From: Bryobacterales bacterium | GTDB lineage: Bacteria; Acidobacteriota; Terriglobia; Bryobacterales; UBA6623 | Assembly: GCA_965206775.1 (NCBI GenBank) | Contig: CBDBKU010000002.1 | Span: 1,999,796 to 2,063,795 of the forward strand | DNA length: 64,000 bases | Direction of reading: 5' to 3' | Shown: piece after piece, positions 28,597 through 36,723 of the stretch | How the letters are laid out: every line of letters starts with the position of its first letter | How positions within the stretch are numbered: position 1 is the first letter of the stretch | Notes under the pieces: model-generated | Told to the model about the DNA's origin: nothing | Databases searched by the model: none | The model's input: the letters and a program-made list of their open reading frames with translations, nothing else | Position numbers and translations under genes: made by a program

Positions 28597-30700
28597 CACG
28601 GCTGATTCTTGTTCGAGGGTAGTAACCTTGGTCGCAAAGAGTTAGACAAGGGACTGGCTTTTTTGGCCGGGATCGTGTATTGATGGGGCATGACGATGCC
28701 AGTGTGTGCTGCGGAGGTTCCGGTGCTGAGCGAGGTGGTGGTCCGGCCGACCCGGCCGGAGGAGCGGCTGCGCTGGGACGGGTTGATGGACGCGCACCAC
28801 TATCTGGGATTCAAGCAGTTCGCGGGGCGCGGGCTGCGCTACGTGGCGGAGTGGCGGGGCGAGTGGCTGGCGCTGCTGGGCTGGCAGACGGGGGTGTTCC
28901 AGTGCCGGCCGCGCGACCGCTGGCTGGGCTGGCACAAGGCGGTGCAGTTCCGGCGCTTGCACCTGTGCGGGAATAACACGCGGTTCCTGGTGCTGCCCGC
29001 GGGGCAGGGCGTGAAGAACCTGGCCTCGCGGGTGCTGGGGTTGAACCTGCGGCGGCTGAGCGGGGACTGGGAGGCGAGTTGGGGGCATCCGCTCGAACTC
29101 GCGGAGACGTTCGTGGATCCGCGCAAGTACCGGGGCACGGCGTATCTGGCGTCGAACTGGATCAAGCTGGGGCTGAGCAAGGGCTACGCGCGGTCGAACG
29201 GGAAGTACACCGACAAGCACGGGCAGAAGAAGATGATGCTGGTGTATGAGTTGCGGGCGGGAGCGCGGGAGCGGCTGGCGGATCCGCAGGAGCGGGAGGA
29301 GTGGGATTGCGGGCCGGTGGATGTGCGCTACGGGGCGGAGGATTTGCGGTCGTTGCGGAAGCAGTTGGAGGATGTGGAGGACAGCCGGGGGCGCCGCGGG
29401 AAGCGGCATGCGCTGGGGGTGGTGCTGGCGCTGATGGTGTTGGCGAGGCTGGCGGGCAAGCGCGGCGGGAGGGCGGCGGAAGCGTACTCGAAGACACTGA
29501 AGGAGCACGAGTTACGGGCGCTGGAGTGCCGCTGGGACGAGCGCGAGCGGCGGTGCGTGACGCCTTCGGACACGACGTTCCAGCGAGTCATGGAGCGGAC
29601 GGATCCGGCCTCGCTGGAGCGCGTGATCCAGCGCTGGACGCAGCCGCTGGTGCCGCAGCCGCAGGCGCTGGCGGCGGACGGGAAGCGCATTCGGGGGGCG
29701 AATCGGATGGCGGCGGAGGGGCAGCACTGGGAGACGGTGACGCTGGTGGGCCATGTCAAGGGCCTGCCGGTGGCGAGCCGCAGCTACCGCGAGGAAGGCG
29801 GCGAGCAAGGCGCGCTGCGGGCGTTGCTGGAAGAGGTGGATCTGCGCGGCCGGACGGTGACGATGGACGCGGGGCATGCGGGGCAGGAGATCCAGCGGGC
29901 GATCATCGAGCAGCACGGCGGGGAGGTGCTGGTGCGCATCAAGGGCAACTGCGCGCTGACCTACGAGACGCTGACGGGCCTGAACTGGGAGCGGGGCGCG
30001 GAGCGCAGTTGGCAGGAAGGGCGCTGGCAGCGCTCGCGCAACAAGCGCTGGGAGCGGCGCTCGATCGCTGTGTTCACGCCCCATCCGAAACTGCTGCCGT
30101 ACCCGCATGCCCGGCAGGCGTACCGCATCACGCACGAGACCTGCAAGCGGCTGGGCGGGCCGGTGTCGAGCAGCTACAGCTACGGCATCACCTCGCTGTC
30201 GGAGCAGGCCGCCTCGGCTCAGGACCTGCTGGCGTTGCAGCGGGGTCACTGGCAGGTGGAGAGCGCCAACCACTATCGCCGCGACGTCTCCTTCGGGGAG
30301 GACAGCAGCCGCATCCGCACGGGTCACGGTCCGTCCAACGCCGCGGCGCTGAACAACCTGGCGCTGGCGCTGCTGCTGTCGCAGCGGCCGCAGGACACCG
30401 TGCCGGAGGCGCAAACGTACTACGCCGGCAACCGTGACGAGGCGCTGCAACTGCTGCTGACTCCCGGCTAGCGAGGATTCCGCTCCGCAGCCGCGGAGTC
30501 CGGTCCATCGCGGCCCAGGCGGACGGGCCCTCCACGCCCTCGTTGCGGCTGCCAGCGCCCCACTCGGCGATTCCCGGCCCGTCCTGCGTCCCCAGCACCG
30601 TAACAACACCCGATTTCACTCGGCAGACCGCCCCACTTCCCGTGCTCCAACGCCCTATCTGGGCCATCCCTCCCTCCAAGCCAACAAGGAATCAGCGGTG
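28597..30700 (+). mobile_element. Complete ISAs1-like IS element encoding a DUF4338-transposase fusion
   Basis: Terminal IRs are CACGGCTGATTC-TTGTT (28597..) and, reverse-complemented from 30700, CACCGCTGATTCCTTGTT. A 10-bp direct repeat flanks it. Removing 28597-30710 restores the host reading frame (..IAGTVVGP|DGEVMEG..). Confidence 0.85.
28690..30471 (+). CDS. ISAs1-family DDE transposase with N-terminal DUF4338 (DruA-like) domain
   Basis: The N-terminal ~200 aa carry HHYLGFKQFAGRGLRYVAE, RDRWLGW, NNTRFLVLP, NLASRVLGLNLRRLSGDW and LAETFVDPRKYRGTAYLASNW. The body carries DSRGRRGKRHALGVVLALMVLARLAG ... DAGHAGQE ... GHWQVESANHYRRDVSFGEDSSRIRTGHGPSNAAALNNLALALL. Confidence 0.8.
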   Translation: MTMPVCAAEVPVLSEVVVRPTRPEERLRWDGLMDAHHYLGFKQFAGRGLRYVAEWRGEWLALLGWQTGVFQCRPRDRWLGWHKAVQFRRLHLCGNNTRFLVLPAGQGVKNLASRVLGLNLRRLSGDWEASWGHPLELAETFVDPRKYRGTAYLASNWIKLGLSKGYARSNGKYTDKHGQKKMMLVYELRAGARERLADPQEREEWDCGPVDVRYGAEDLRSLRKQLEDVEDSRGRRGKRHALGVVLALMVLARLAGKRGGRAAEAYSKTLKEHELRALECRWDERERRCVTPSDTTFQRVMERTDPASLERVIQRWTQPLVPQPQALAADGKRIRGANRMAAEGQHWETVTLVGHVKGLPVASRSYREEGGEQGALRALLEEVDLRGRTVTMDAGHAGQEIQRAIIEQHGGEVLVRIKGNCALTYETLTGLNWERGAERSWQEGRWQRSRNKRWERRSIAVFTPHPKLLPYPHARQAYRITHETCKRLGGPVSSSYSYGITSLSEQAASAQDLLALQRGHWQVESANHYRRDVSFGEDSSRIRTGHGPSNAAALNNLALALLLSQRPQDTVPEAQTYYAGNRDEALQLLLTPG

Positions 30701-30710
30701 GTCGTCGGCC
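30701..30710. repeat. Target-site duplication (right copy) of the ISAs1-like element
   Basis: GTCGTCGGCC, identical to 28587-28596. Confidence 0.8.
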
Positions 30711-31009
30711 CGGACGGCGAAGTCATGGAGGGGATATGGGTCGTAGCCTTACCGGTTTGGCGCTGGGGAATGAGCGGGGCGGATGGTACCTTCGAAATCC
30801 GCTTGCTCGAAGGCACGACCGGAATGCCCGTTCTGGGCATCCACGCGGACTGCGGACTGGTGGGATACTACGGCCCGAACGGGTTCACGACGAGCCGAGA
30901 GGATGCGACCGGTATCGAAATCGGGGAGGGTAACGTGACCGGTATCGTGATCAGGATCCCGGCAGAGCCGGACGAACTCTGCGTCAAGCCCGAGTTTGAC
31001 AGTTTCTAG
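30701..31009 (+). pseudogene. Metalloprotease gene, part 2 (third tandem repeat and stop)
   Basis: VVGPDGEVMEGIWVVALPVWRWGMSGADGTFEIRLLEGTTGMPVLGIHADCGLVGYYGPNGFTTSREDATGIEIGEGNVTGIVIRIPAEPDELC is colinear with the two repeats upstream of the IS. Confidence 0.75.
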
Positions 31010-31092
31010 ATACAGAAGCCATATAAGTCGAGACGCATCAACATCTTACGGGTTTTTCTCAAAATCCCGATTGTATCTAGGAACTGGCGGCG

Positions 31093-32868
31093 TCAGTCCA
31101 TTTGAAGAATCGGCGAAGGATCGTCTATCTCCATTTGTCGCAACAACTTACGGGCTTCCTCCGGCGGCTCCGTCACCTGCCAGACGGCTCGTCCGTCGCT
31201 CAACAATTGCGCCAGCTGGATCCGTTTCAGGCGGTTCCGAATGTTCCTCCAGGTGTCCCCGCAGGCCCGCTCCGCCACCCGTTCCAGCAATAACGCCAGC
31301 ACCGCCAGCGACACATGCGCGTGAATCCGGTGCGGTGCCCAGTGATACACCGGCCGCAGCCGCAGCCCGCTCTTCAGCGTCCGCCACGCCTGCTCCACTC
31401 GCTGCAGTTGCTTGTACCCCAGCGCCATGTCCTCCCCGCTCAGGCTGTCATCGTTCCCGTGCACCACGAACTTCCCGTCCCGCCGCTCCGCTGCCCGGAC
31501 CTTCTTGCGGTCGATCGCCAGGCACCCGTCCGCCCTCGTCTTCAGATAGCGTCCGTACCGCCCGCTCGCTTGCAACTCGCATTCCCGCTTGCGGTGTCCC
31601 CTGCCGCCTGCCGTCCCCTCCCCGGACTTCCCGCCCGTCGCATCCGGCGCCTTGGCTTGCTCCGCCTTGGCTTGCTTCGCCCGGGCCCTCTCTTCCGCTT
31701 TGCGCCGCGCCTCCGCCAAGCTCGCCAGCTCCGCCTCCAGCTCCTCCAGCACGCGCTCCCTGTGCCGCTTCTGCCGCTGCGCTTCCTGCGGATTGAAGCA
31801 AACCGCGTACCGCCGCCTCCGCTCCCCCTCCCCCACCGTGACTTCCTTCACCCGCAGGTTCTCCGCGACCTTCCGGTAGCGCCCCGGATGGCTCAGCACG
31901 TCCTCGTACGCCTCCCCTCCCTGCCGTAGCGGCTGGCCCACCAGATAGCGCCCGCCCGCCGCCGCCAGCGCCTTCAGGTTCGCCTCCGACACCATGCCCG
32001 CGTCTCCCACGAACACGAACCGCCTCAGCTGCCAGCCCTCCAGGTCCCGCTTCGCTTGCTGCACCGTCTCCACGTCCACCGTGTTCCCCGGGAACACCCA
32101 GTGCCGCACCGGAAACCCGTCCCGCGTCACCGCCAGCCCGATCACCACCTGCGGTGCGTCGCCGCGACCGTTCTTGGAGTGCCCCCGCTTGCGCAGCGGC
32201 TGGTAGGTCTGTCCCCCGGCCGCGGTCCCCGCGGTGATCGCTTCCTCGTCCTCCTCGTCGATCTCCCAGTGCAGCGAGGTCGTGTCGAAGAACAGGATCT
32301 CGGTGTCGAGTTGCAGCAGCGTGGCCGTGTTCCAGAAGACGGCCTCCTCGATCGAGTCGCGGTGGGCTTCGAGGAAGTCCATGGCGCGGTAGAGGTGCTG
32401 CAGGGAGAGGCTGCGCAAGCCGGGCAGGCGGATGTCCTCGGCCAGCCACTGGCGGAAGCAGTGCAGTTTGGAGGCGGGGGCGCAGGCGCGGTTGGCGACG
32501 AGGGCGAAGAGGGCGCGCTCGACGTCGAACTCGAGGCGGCGCGAGGCGCGGGCCTTGGCGATGGCCTGGGGGATGCCGAGACGCTGCCAGAGAGCGTCGA
32601 GGACAAAGAGGTCGCCGAAGGGCCAGGCGCCGGCGAGACGGCAGCCGGGGTGGTCGGCGGCGACCTGCTGGGGGTCGCAGCGGTCGAGGATGCTGCGGGC
32701 GAGGCGGCGCAAGGAGTCCACGGACTGCTCGTCGTCGGCGCGGCCGACGTTGTGGAGGATGCGGACGCGGGAGCGTTTGCGGACGGGGTCCCAGGAGTTG
32801 TGGGCGATTTGGAAGTGGGAGAGAGAGCTGCCGTCCTTGCGTTTCTGGCGGCTGACTCGGAGGTACAT
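31093..32868 (-). CDS. IS1634-family (IS4-related) DDE transposase
   Basis: MYLRVSRQKRKDGSSLSHFQIAHNSWDPVRKRSRVRILHNVGRADD is an N-terminus typical of IS1634. The C-terminus is YKQLQRVEQAWRTLKSGLRLRPVYHWAPHRIHAHVSLAVLALLLERV. Element ends are not resolved (see findings). Confidence 0.85.
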   Translation of the reverse strand: MYLRVSRQKRKDGSSLSHFQIAHNSWDPVRKRSRVRILHNVGRADDEQSVDSLRRLARSILDRCDPQQVAADHPGCRLAGAWPFGDLFVLDALWQRLGIPQAIAKARASRRLEFDVERALFALVANRACAPASKLHCFRQWLAEDIRLPGLRSLSLQHLYRAMDFLEAHRDSIEEAVFWNTATLLQLDTEILFFDTTSLHWEIDEEDEEAITAGTAAGGQTYQPLRKRGHSKNGRGDAPQVVIGLAVTRDGFPVRHWVFPGNTVDVETVQQAKRDLEGWQLRRFVFVGDAGMVSEANLKALAAAGGRYLVGQPLRQGGEAYEDVLSHPGRYRKVAENLRVKEVTVGEGERRRRYAVCFNPQEAQRQKRHRERVLEELEAELASLAEARRKAEERARAKQAKAEQAKAPDATGGKSGEGTAGGRGHRKRECELQASGRYGRYLKTRADGCLAIDRKKVRAAERRDGKFVVHGNDDSLSGEDMALGYKQLQRVEQAWRTLKSGLRLRPVYHWAPHRIHAHVSLAVLALLLERVAERACGDTWRNIRNRLKRIQLAQLLSDGRAVWQVTEPPEEARKLLRQMEIDDPSPILQMD

Positions 32869-33294
32869 GTGATCAGTATAGCAAGGGAAACGACATGAAA
32901 AAAAGGTGGTAAACAACAATTCGTGTATCTAGAGAAAGGAGCCTTGGCGGGAGTCGGAGTGCAATGGGAATCAGCTAAGTCATTGAAAACAGAGAATCGG
33001 GGCAGACAGTCCGGCCACTATATGTGCCCATAAACTGTCAAAGTCGGGTCAAGCTGTAGCGTCAGGAGATGCGTTCGAACAAGGCCTAGACCCAACAGCC
33101 GTGTCACCAGGGGCCATTTAGGGTAGCGACCAGATTGGTATTGAAATACAACATAAGGGCGGTTCGAGCCTTGTGGTCAGTTCGGAGCGATCTTGCGGGT
33201 CTCGATAAAACGGCCTCTGATTTCGCTCTCCGGACCTTCTGCGAAGTCGGCAACCCATCTCGCTGCCAGGGACTCGTGGGTTCTGGTGCCTTAC

Positions 33295-33310
33295 ATACAG
33301 GAATCTGTAT
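33295..33310. promoter_or_regulatory. Palindrome ATACAGgaatCTGTAT 10 bp upstream of the toxin start; candidate TA operator
   Basis: A perfect 6-bp inverted repeat with a 4-bp spacer directly before the ATG at 33320. The function is inferred only from position. Confidence 0.3.
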
Positions 33311-33319
33311 ACTCTAGGA

Positions 33320-33682
33320 ATGGATGAGGGTGTGCGGCCCGTGCGCTGGGTCGGTTCCGCCCTGCGGGACCTCAAAGAGTTTCCCAGGGCTGTACAGCGT
33401 GATATCGGCCAGGCGCTCTACGCCGCCCAGTGCGGTGAGGCCTACCCTTCGATCAAAGCGCTGAAGGGTTTTCCTGGCGCTTCGGTTCTTGAGATCGTCG
33501 CGCCGTTTAAGACCGATACCTACCGGTCGGTGTACAGCGTCCAATTTGGATCGGCGATCTATGTCTTGTGCGCCTTCAAGAAGAAGGCCAAAGAGGGCCG
33601 GAAGACGCCGAAAAAGGAAAGGGGCCTGATCAAGACCCGCCTGGAGGCTGCGCGCCAGGACTACAACCGGAGGCAGAACTGA
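33320..33682 (+). CDS. RelE/ParE-superfamily toxin, phage Gp49/HigB-like (DUF891-type)
   Basis: VRWVGSALRDLKEFPRAVQRDIGQALYAAQCGEAYPSIKALKGFPGASVLEIV...YRSVYSVQFGSAIYVLCAFKKKAKEGRKTPKKE. Confidence 0.8.
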   Translation: MDEGVRPVRWVGSALRDLKEFPRAVQRDIGQALYAAQCGEAYPSIKALKGFPGASVLEIVAPFKTDTYRSVYSVQFGSAIYVLCAFKKKAKEGRKTPKKERGLIKTRLEAARQDYNRRQN

Positions 33683-34047
33683 TGGCCAACAAGACGAACG
33701 ATACGAAGGTGACGGAGAGTAGCGGCAATGTTTTCGCTGACCTCGGATTTCCAAGTGCTGATCGCGAGCAGTTGAAGGCGAAGCTCATGCTGGAGATCTA
33801 TCAGGCCATCAAGGACCGCGGCCTCACGCAAACCCAAGCCGGAGAGATCCTGGGCATTCAGCAGCCGCATGTCTCGGCGCTGATGAACGGCCGCTCCGGC
33901 AACTATTCTCTCGGTCGGCTGTTCGAGTTTCTGAACGCGCTTGGCCACGACGTGGAGATTACGGTGCGGCCCAAAGCTCCACGGTCGCCGACCGCACAAA
34001 CGAGTGTGTGGTGCAACCGGAGCGGGTCGGTGAAACAGTATGAGTAA
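33682..34047 (+). CDS. XRE-family HTH antitoxin (HigA-like)
   Basis: The ATG overlaps the toxin stop by 1 nt (TGATG). Sequence: NVFADLGFPSADREQLKAKLMLEIYQAIKDRGLTQTQAGEILGIQQPHVSALMNGRSGNYSLGRLFEFLNALGHDVEITV. Confidence 0.8.
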   Translation: MANKTNDTKVTESSGNVFADLGFPSADREQLKAKLMLEIYQAIKDRGLTQTQAGEILGIQQPHVSALMNGRSGNYSLGRLFEFLNALGHDVEITVRPKAPRSPTAQTSVWCNRSGSVKQYE

Positions 34048-34165
34048 GCGGTCCGAATCGTCTCTGACCGTCGGCGGCAAGCTCAAGGCGCGCGCCATAC
34101 ATCGACTCAAGAGCTAAGCGCGAGAGGTTCCAGCAGCTTGCACGCCAGGTCCTCGCCCCCGCGCC

Positions 34166-36598
34166 CTGCCGTTTACACACAATTCGGACTTGACAAATGG
34201 GTTCCTGCTGTGCCACTCCTAGGGCATGTACGAGCAACACCGGATTCCCTCCACGCTTTCGGATTCCGAAACCCTAGCGCGTGTCAAGGCCCTGATGGCG
34301 GCCGCCGGCTCGGCCAGCCGCATGGAAATCAGCCGCCGGGTCTGCGTTCTGCTCGGCTTCCTCGACGCTCGCGGGCGGCCCCAGCTGGCCAGTTGCATGC
34401 GGGCCTTGCGCGCTCTGGACGCCGCCGGCCAGATCCGACTGCCCGCACCCCGGCATAACCACCGCCGCTGCCGCCCGCGCTGTATCGGCCGCCCCGTCCC
34501 GCCCCCCGTCGGCGTGCCCGCACGGGCCGACCAGCTGCGCGGATTGGAACTCGTCGAGGTCATCGACCCGGCCCAGCGCGGGATCTGGAACGAGCTGATG
34601 CGCAGCGAGCACCCGCGTGGCTCCGTCCAGCACGTCGGCGCCCAGCTGCGCTACCTGCTGGTCTCCGAGCACGGCGTGCTGGGAGCCCTCGGCTTCGCCG
34701 CGGCCGCTCTCGCGCTGGCCGCCCGCGACACCTTCATCGGCTGGGACGCCGACCGGCGCTCCCGCCAGCTGCACCGGGTGATCGGACTGAGCCGATTCCT
34801 GGTCCGCCCCTCCGTACGCTGCCAGAACCTCGCCTCCAAGGCCCTCGGCCTGGCCTTGCGCCGCCTGCCCGACGACTGCCAGCTCCGCTACGGCTACCGT
34901 CCGCTGCTCGTGGAAACCTTTGTCGAGAAAGGCCGTTACCAAGGCACCTCGCTGGCGGCCGCCAACTGGCTGCGGGTCGGCCAGACCGCCGGGCGCGGCC
35001 GCTTCGCGGCGCCCGGGGCCGAGGTAGGGGTGAAAACGGTCTGGCTCTACCCGCTGGCGCGCGCCTGGCGGGCGCAGCTGGGCGTGCCCGAGCCGCCCGC
35101 GCCGGAGGCGCTGGGTGCGGCCGAGAACCTGGCGGCGGACGTGTGGGCCGGGCACGAATTCGGCGGCGCCCGGCTGGGCGATGTACGCTTGGGCAAGCGG
35201 CTGGTGCAGATCGTGCAGAAGCAAGCGGAAGCGCCCACGAAATCGTTCCCGGGAGCGGCGCAGAACGACCAGGCGGCGGTGCGGGGCTACTACCGTCTGA
35301 TCGACCATCCGGCGGACTCGGAGGGGACGCCGGAGAACATCCTGGCCCCGCACCGGCAGCGCACGCTGCAGCGCATGCGGGGGCAGTCGGCGCTGCTGTG
35401 CATCCAGGACGGCACGGACCTGAATTTCGCGGAGCACCCGGGCTGCGTGGGGCTGGGCTACAGCGGCAAGAACAAGGGCTCGGCGGGGACGCTGGGGCTG
35501 CACATGCATTCGACGCTGGTGGTGAACGGGGAGGGGGTGCCGCTGGGAGTGCCGCAGATCCAGTACGAGGCGCCGGACGGGAAGGCGGAGAGGGGCAAGC
35601 CGCTGGAGGAGCGCAAGACGATGCGCTGGATCCGGGGGCTGCGCGAGTGCGCGGAGCTGGCCGGGCAGCTGGAAGGGGTGCGGCCGGTGTCGGTGCTGGA
35701 CCGGGAGGCGGACGTGTTCGCGCTGTTCGCGGAGCAGCGGCGGCTGAGGAAGGTGGACCTGCTGGTGCGGGCCAAGCACAACCGTTCGCTGGGCGCGGAC
35801 GGGCCGAAGCTGTTCGACTGGGTGCGGGCCGAGCCGGCGCAGGGCCGGTTGCAGATCCATGTGGCGCGGCTGTCGGCGAGGCGGGCGAGCCGGGGGCAGA
35901 AGGGCAGCGAGGCGCGGGAGGAGCGGGAGGCGCAGGTGGAACTGCGCTGGCGGGAGGTCGAACTGGCGGACCCGGAGCGGCAGGAGGCAGGGCTGAAGCT
36001 GCGCCTGGTGCACGTGCGGGAGGAGACGCAGCCAGACGGAGCGGAGCGGCTGGAATGGTTCCTGCTGACGACGCTGGCAGTGCAGACGCAGCAGGAGGCG
36101 GAGCGGGTGCTGGAGTGGTACAAGCTGCGGTGGCGCATCGAGGACTGGCACCGGGTGCTGAAGTCGGGCTGCAAGGTGGAGTACCTGGGGCACCGGCAGG
36201 GGGAGCGGATCGAGCGGGCGGTGACGATCAACGCGGTGATCGCCTGGCGGCTGACGCTGATGACCCTGCTGGGACGGGACACCCCGGAACTGCCGGCGGA
36301 CACGCTGTTCACGGAGATCGAGCTGGCGGCGCTGGAGGATTTCGCGCAAGACCGGCGGCAGCTGCCGCCGGATAATCTGGGGCGAGCGGTGCTAACGCTG
36401 GCGATGCTGGGCGGGTATCTGAATTACAAGCGCAAAAAGTACGCAGTGCCGGGACACAAGGTGATGTGGGAGGGATACACGAGGCTGGCCACGATCACCC
36501 AGGTGGTGGAACGGACCCGTCGGCTAAACGAGGGTAGCAAGCTCTATCAGAAGATGCGTCAAAAGATGCGTCGTGAGTGACTTGTGTGTAAACGGCAG
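34166..36598 (+). mobile_element. Complete Tn5/IS50-like (IS4 family) IS element encoding a DUF4338-transposase fusion
   Basis: Perfect 17-bp terminal IR CTGCCGTTTACACACAA (34166-34182, reverse complement at 36582-36598). The right end CTGCCGTTTACACACAAGT matches the Tn5 outside end CTGACTCTTATACACAAGT at 15/19 (hand count). The 9-bp flanks differ (ccccgcgcc vs gctgcggct), so no target duplication is visible. Confidence 0.8.
34226..36580 (+). CDS. Tn5-like IS4-family DDE transposase with ~290-aa N-terminal DUF4338 (DruA-like) extension
   Basis: N-terminus: SRRVCVLLGFLDARGRPQLASCMRALRALDAAGQIRLP, LRYLLVSEHGVLGALGF, RDTFIGW, LSRFLVRP, NLASKALGLALRRLPDDC, LVETFVEKGRYQGTSLAAANW. Body: WAGHEFGGARLGDVRLGKRLVQIV (Tn5 DNA-binding N-domain), LDREADVFALF, YKLRWRIEDWHRVLKSGCKVE. 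Confidence 0.8.
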   Translation: MYEQHRIPSTLSDSETLARVKALMAAAGSASRMEISRRVCVLLGFLDARGRPQLASCMRALRALDAAGQIRLPAPRHNHRRCRPRCIGRPVPPPVGVPARADQLRGLELVEVIDPAQRGIWNELMRSEHPRGSVQHVGAQLRYLLVSEHGVLGALGFAAAALALAARDTFIGWDADRRSRQLHRVIGLSRFLVRPSVRCQNLASKALGLALRRLPDDCQLRYGYRPLLVETFVEKGRYQGTSLAAANWLRVGQTAGRGRFAAPGAEVGVKTVWLYPLARAWRAQLGVPEPPAPEALGAAENLAADVWAGHEFGGARLGDVRLGKRLVQIVQKQAEAPTKSFPGAAQNDQAAVRGYYRLIDHPADSEGTPENILAPHRQRTLQRMRGQSALLCIQDGTDLNFAEHPGCVGLGYSGKNKGSAGTLGLHMHSTLVVNGEGVPLGVPQIQYEAPDGKAERGKPLEERKTMRWIRGLRECAELAGQLEGVRPVSVLDREADVFALFAEQRRLRKVDLLVRAKHNRSLGADGPKLFDWVRAEPAQGRLQIHVARLSARRASRGQKGSEAREEREAQVELRWREVELADPERQEAGLKLRLVHVREETQPDGAERLEWFLLTTLAVQTQQEAERVLEWYKLRWRIEDWHRVLKSGCKVEYLGHRQGERIERAVTINAVIAWRLTLMTLLGRDTPELPADTLFTEIELAALEDFAQDRRQLPPDNLGRAVLTLAMLGGYLNYKRKKYAVPGHKVMWEGYTRLATITQVVERTRRLNEGSKLYQKMRQKMRRE

Positions 36599-36723
36599 GC
36601 TGCGGCTCCTAGGAGTCCGGGACATCCAGACCCAGTCCCCACTTCACAGGCTCGGCTAATTCCAGCGGCCGCCGGGAGCGACGGCGGATGCCAGGATCCC
36701 GGCACCCTTAAGTTCGCTATCCG

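Noticed and set aside
33140-33175. GGTTCGAGCC motif reminiscent of a tRNA T-loop
   Set aside because: Flanking bases cannot form a T-stem or an acceptor stem, so no cloverleaf is possible.
34274-36349. 691-aa antisense ORF, and 410/284-aa alternative-frame ORFs, over the Tn5-like transposase; similar cases at 31448..32449, 28642..29508, 29512..30609 and 40037..41047
   Set aside because: They are low-complexity, stop-poor frames typical of high-GC DNA, and they overlap ORFs that have clear family motifs.
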